Virus record (IMG/VR): IMGVR_UViG_3300032242_002041
Span: 124,001-188,000 of that record
Strand: one strand, 5' to 3'
DNA: 64,000 bases
Below are positions 61,346-64,000 of the stretch, piece by piece (position 1 is the first letter of the stretch; every line of letters begins with the position of its first letter). Under the pieces are notes generated by a model that did not search any database, was not told the origin of the DNA, and saw only the letters and a list, made by a program, of their open reading frames with translations. A program made the position numbers and the translations under genes.

Positions 61346-64000
61346 TTACCACTCAAATAAAGTTTGGAAGGTATTTTCGGTGTTAGTAGCTGCCGCTAGA
61401 TCCCATTCCAACACACCTAACAAATTGTCTAATTTTTGATCTACCACTGTGGCTTCCATTTCGCTGTCATCAAATGGTAGTTCTTTAAACCACGTAGGAA
61501 GATGTGTTTCATCAGTAGGATAACCTATTGACGTCCAGCCCAGTGGGTTTGCTTTAAGTTTGCAAACAATAGTTTTCATGCCATCTACAATTTGCATACT
61601 ATACTTGTCACTGTTCATACGACGCAAATTGTTCCAGTTAAGTGCGGCACGGACATGTCCTGGCATGTTGGCTTTGCCTAGGCGTTCTTCTTCCTTGCCA
61701 TATTTGGTCAAGTTGTTTACACGCTTAGGACTACCCTTTTCCCAACCTGGACGTTCTTTGAACTTGTACTTGAACTCGCGAATCTTTTCAATGATTTCTT
61801 CACGACTTGTGCCAATTAGTACCTCATCAAGAATTTGACTTAGGAATTCTTGAATAACCTTAGGAGTATCACTACGCTTGAGATCTAATCCCATGGCTTT
61901 TACTTTACCCGGTGATCCGTGTGTGTCTACACGCTTGTTTTCTTTGTCGTAGTACATGACAGCATACCGCTTTTTAGTAATAAACAAGCCTTTACTGGCA
62001 ACAATCTCACGTCCACCTTTAATAACATCGCCCATCTCCCTAGGCACGTGAAATGCTTGTTCCATAAAACCTGGAAAGCTATCGTTAACTTGATCAGCAA
62101 TACTGTTATACAGTCGAACGGCAATTTCACGACTCCAGGTCATGTTGCCTGCTTCTATTTCTTTTTGTAGTACAGGATACGCTGTAAAATAACACGAGTC
62201 TGTATCACCATATATAATTGCCTCGCCTACGTGATCATACACACCTGTGATACATTCGTTCACATACGCATCCATATGCCGGGCAATTGCACGACCAGTA
62301 AGAGTTGTGGATTGACCAATACGCTTATCAAAGAAACGGCAACCAGGATTAAGAATAGCACCATAGAGACTGTTGAGGTTAATCTTTTTAACAAGTTGAC
62401 GCTTGTCCCAGTATTCTTCATCTTCTGCATTTTTACACTCCTTTAATCGGGCCTGCATCTCTTTACGTTCAGCATACCAACGTTTTAACAATCCTGGAAT
62501 AACAGCTTCCTTCTCATAGGTAAAGATAGTACCGTTAGCGGTAATCATCCAAGGATGATTGCTATCAAAAATTATCTTCCATATGTCAGCGGCACTGTGT
62601 ACACTCTCCTCACCGTCTTTCCAGTCAATGGTAATTTCTGTACCTACTTCGGTATTCATGACTGCTTCGTATTCTAAACTTCCAAACAGGCCTTCCCATG
62701 CCCCGGCAAATGAGCTACCTGCTCGCATCTTATCACCAATATAGCGTTCAGTCATTATAGGTCGGAGTTGTCCTACAATAGTTTCAGGTCCCATATTAAG
62801 TGCTCTAATAGCACTTGGATACAGTGAGTTAATATCTATACTACCTACATACTCGTGTATGCCTTTTTTTGGAAACGCAACATAGGCACCTGCGGCTTGT
62901 GTGTCTTCATCCGAATAGCGTTCCTTGCGATTAGGCACAACCATACCACGCTCGTGTGCTTCGTTAATAATTGCTTGTTCTGTTACAGCTACAGCACCCA
63001 TTGTAGTTTGTAGTAACACTGTGTTTTCGTGTGCTAGGGTATTGGCCAAATCCAAGAACTTTAATTTCTTATCCAGCTTGGCAAGAATCATTGTGTCCTG
63101 ACGGTTATATTCGATAAACTTTTTAAAGTTTTGATTGTACAATTGATCAAGTGTGCCTTCAAACACCGTCTTGGTTTCTTGTAACTCATATTCAGCAATA
63201 GCATCCAAACTATAACTATGGCGTTCTTCGTATGTGTACTTGCGATACAGTTGCATATAGTCCATATGCACACGACCAATTAAATCGTAGGTTTCGTTTT
63301 CTGCACCAAAGCGTTCGAACATACGTTTCTTAGGGTACTGGTTCCACAGGCAAAATCTGCGTGTATCATCCTTGCTGAGAATACGTGTAACACGATTTAC
63401 TGTGTAGGGTATATCATAACCCTCTGAGTTCCAACCGGATAGTGCATCGGCGTCTTCGATAAGGTCCAAGAATGTTTTTAACATTTCATCTTCACGCTCA
63501 AAGACGACGCAGTTTTCAAACTCCTTGGCAATTTCGTTCGCAGTTGCACGACTCATATGCTTGGGCGGAACAACTAGCGTGACCATTTGATCGAGCCATT
63601 GCAAGTAGACCGAGATTGCAGTGATAGCATTAAATGGATCTGTTGTTGGTGAGAAACCACGTTCGGGATCAAAGTCTACTTCAATGTCAAAGAATGCTAC
63701 GTTTAACTTGGGACCATCTTGCCCTTTGTAGTTTTCTTCTAAGCACCGAAAGATTGGATTGATATCACTCTCATACAGTTGCTTGCCTGACTGTATGCGA
63801 ATTTCTTTACGAAACTCTTTGTTGTTGCGTGTGCTGAATCTACTGACAGGTGTGCCGAATAGGCTTAGGAATTTACCACGAGGATCCTCGTAATAAAATA
63901 CATAGTTGGCCGGATATTCTTGATAGGTTCTACGTCCATCCTTCCGTTCAACTACATGAATACGATCGTGTTCACGATCAAATAGTGCATCTACATAACT
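61346..64000 (-). CDS. Family B DNA polymerase (T4 gp43-like); start just beyond window
   Basis: Frame open from 64000 (SYVDALFDREH); FFDIEVD, SIDINSLYPS, KINLNSLYG, YGDTDS. Confidence 0.97.
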   Translation of the reverse strand, partial: SYVDALFDREHDRIHVVERKDGRRTYQEYPANYVFYYEDPRGKFLSLFGTPVSRFSTRNNKEFRKEIRIQSGKQLYESDINPIFRCLEENYKGQDGPKLNVAFFDIEVDFDPERGFSPTTDPFNAITAISVYLQWLDQMVTLVVPPKHMSRATANEIAKEFENCVVFEREDEMLKTFLDLIEDADALSGWNSEGYDIPYTVNRVTRILSKDDTRRFCLWNQYPKKRMFERFGAENETYDLIGRVHMDYMQLYRKYTYEERHSYSLDAIAEYELQETKTVFEGTLDQLYNQNFKKFIEYNRQDTMILAKLDKKLKFLDLANTLAHENTVLLQTTMGAVAVTEQAIINEAHERGMVVPNRKERYSDEDTQAAGAYVAFPKKGIHEYVGSIDINSLYPSAIRALNMGPETIVGQLRPIMTERYIGDKMRAGSSFAGAWEGLFGSLEYEAVMNTEVGTEITIDWKDGEESVHSAADIWKIIFDSNHPWMITANGTIFTYEKEAVIPGLLKRWYAERKEMQARLKECKNAEDEEYWDKRQLVKKINLNSLYGAILNPGCRFFDKRIGQSTTLTGRAIARHMDAYVNECITGVYDHVGEAIIYGDTDSCYFTAYPVLQKEIEAGNMTWSREIAVRLYNSIADQVNDSFPGFMEQAFHVPREMGDVIKGGREIVASKGLFITKKRYAVMYYDKENKRVDTHGSPGKVKAMGLDLKRSDTPKVIQEFLSQILDEVLIGTSREEIIEKIREFKYKFKERPGWEKGSPKRVNNLTKYGKEEERLGKANMPGHVRAALNWNNLRRMNSDKYSMQIVDGMKTIVCKLKANPLGWTSIGYPTDETHLPTWFKELPFDDSEMEATVVDQKLDNLLGVLEWDLAAATNTENTFQTLFEW

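Noticed and set aside
61346-63604. ORF-track start of DNA polymerase at 63604, suggesting a split gene, intein or intron
   Set aside because: The same frame is open to 64000 and includes the ExoI motif; the track merely chose an internal TTG. No intein or intron motifs were seen.
1-64000. Stop-codon reassignment (alternative genetic code)
   Set aside because: Conserved enzymes are full length in code 11 and end at TAA, TAG or TGA; no CTA/TCA suppressor tRNA is in the window.

Overview
This 64 kb window is part of a large T4-like/jumbo tailed bacteriophage genome. It is AT-rich, mostly encoded on the - strand, and translates cleanly in code 11. The host is probably a proteobacterium, possibly Betaproteobacteria (inferred from Bug/TctC proteins, DUF4214 and sigma70 promoters). 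Contents in order: (1) 1-12.4 kb, an early region with a MoxR AAA+ ATPase and a vWA/metallopeptidase gene bracketing about 9 small paralogous proteins, a GH113-like/DUF4214 gene flanked by identical promoter copies, an RpoZ homolog and 2 tRNAs. (2) 12.4-35 kb, an accessory enzyme battery (radical SAM, 2OG-Fe(II), SGNH, methyltransferase, GT10-like) that includes three PP-loop enzyme + solute-binding-protein pairs, interleaved with 8 more tRNAs, a permuted two-piece tmRNA and several unassigned structured RNAs. (3) 35-64 kb, RNase H/FEN, Ugd, NadE, nucleotide-sugar genes, a 7-deazaguanine pathway (folE, queD, queE, DpdL-like, DpdA/TGT-like; no queC in the window) intermixed with glycosyltransferases and carrying preQ1-I-like leaders, an FG-GAP lipoprotein, a sliding clamp and a family B DNA polymerase. 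All calls come from motif reading by eye; no database searches or folding programs were run.
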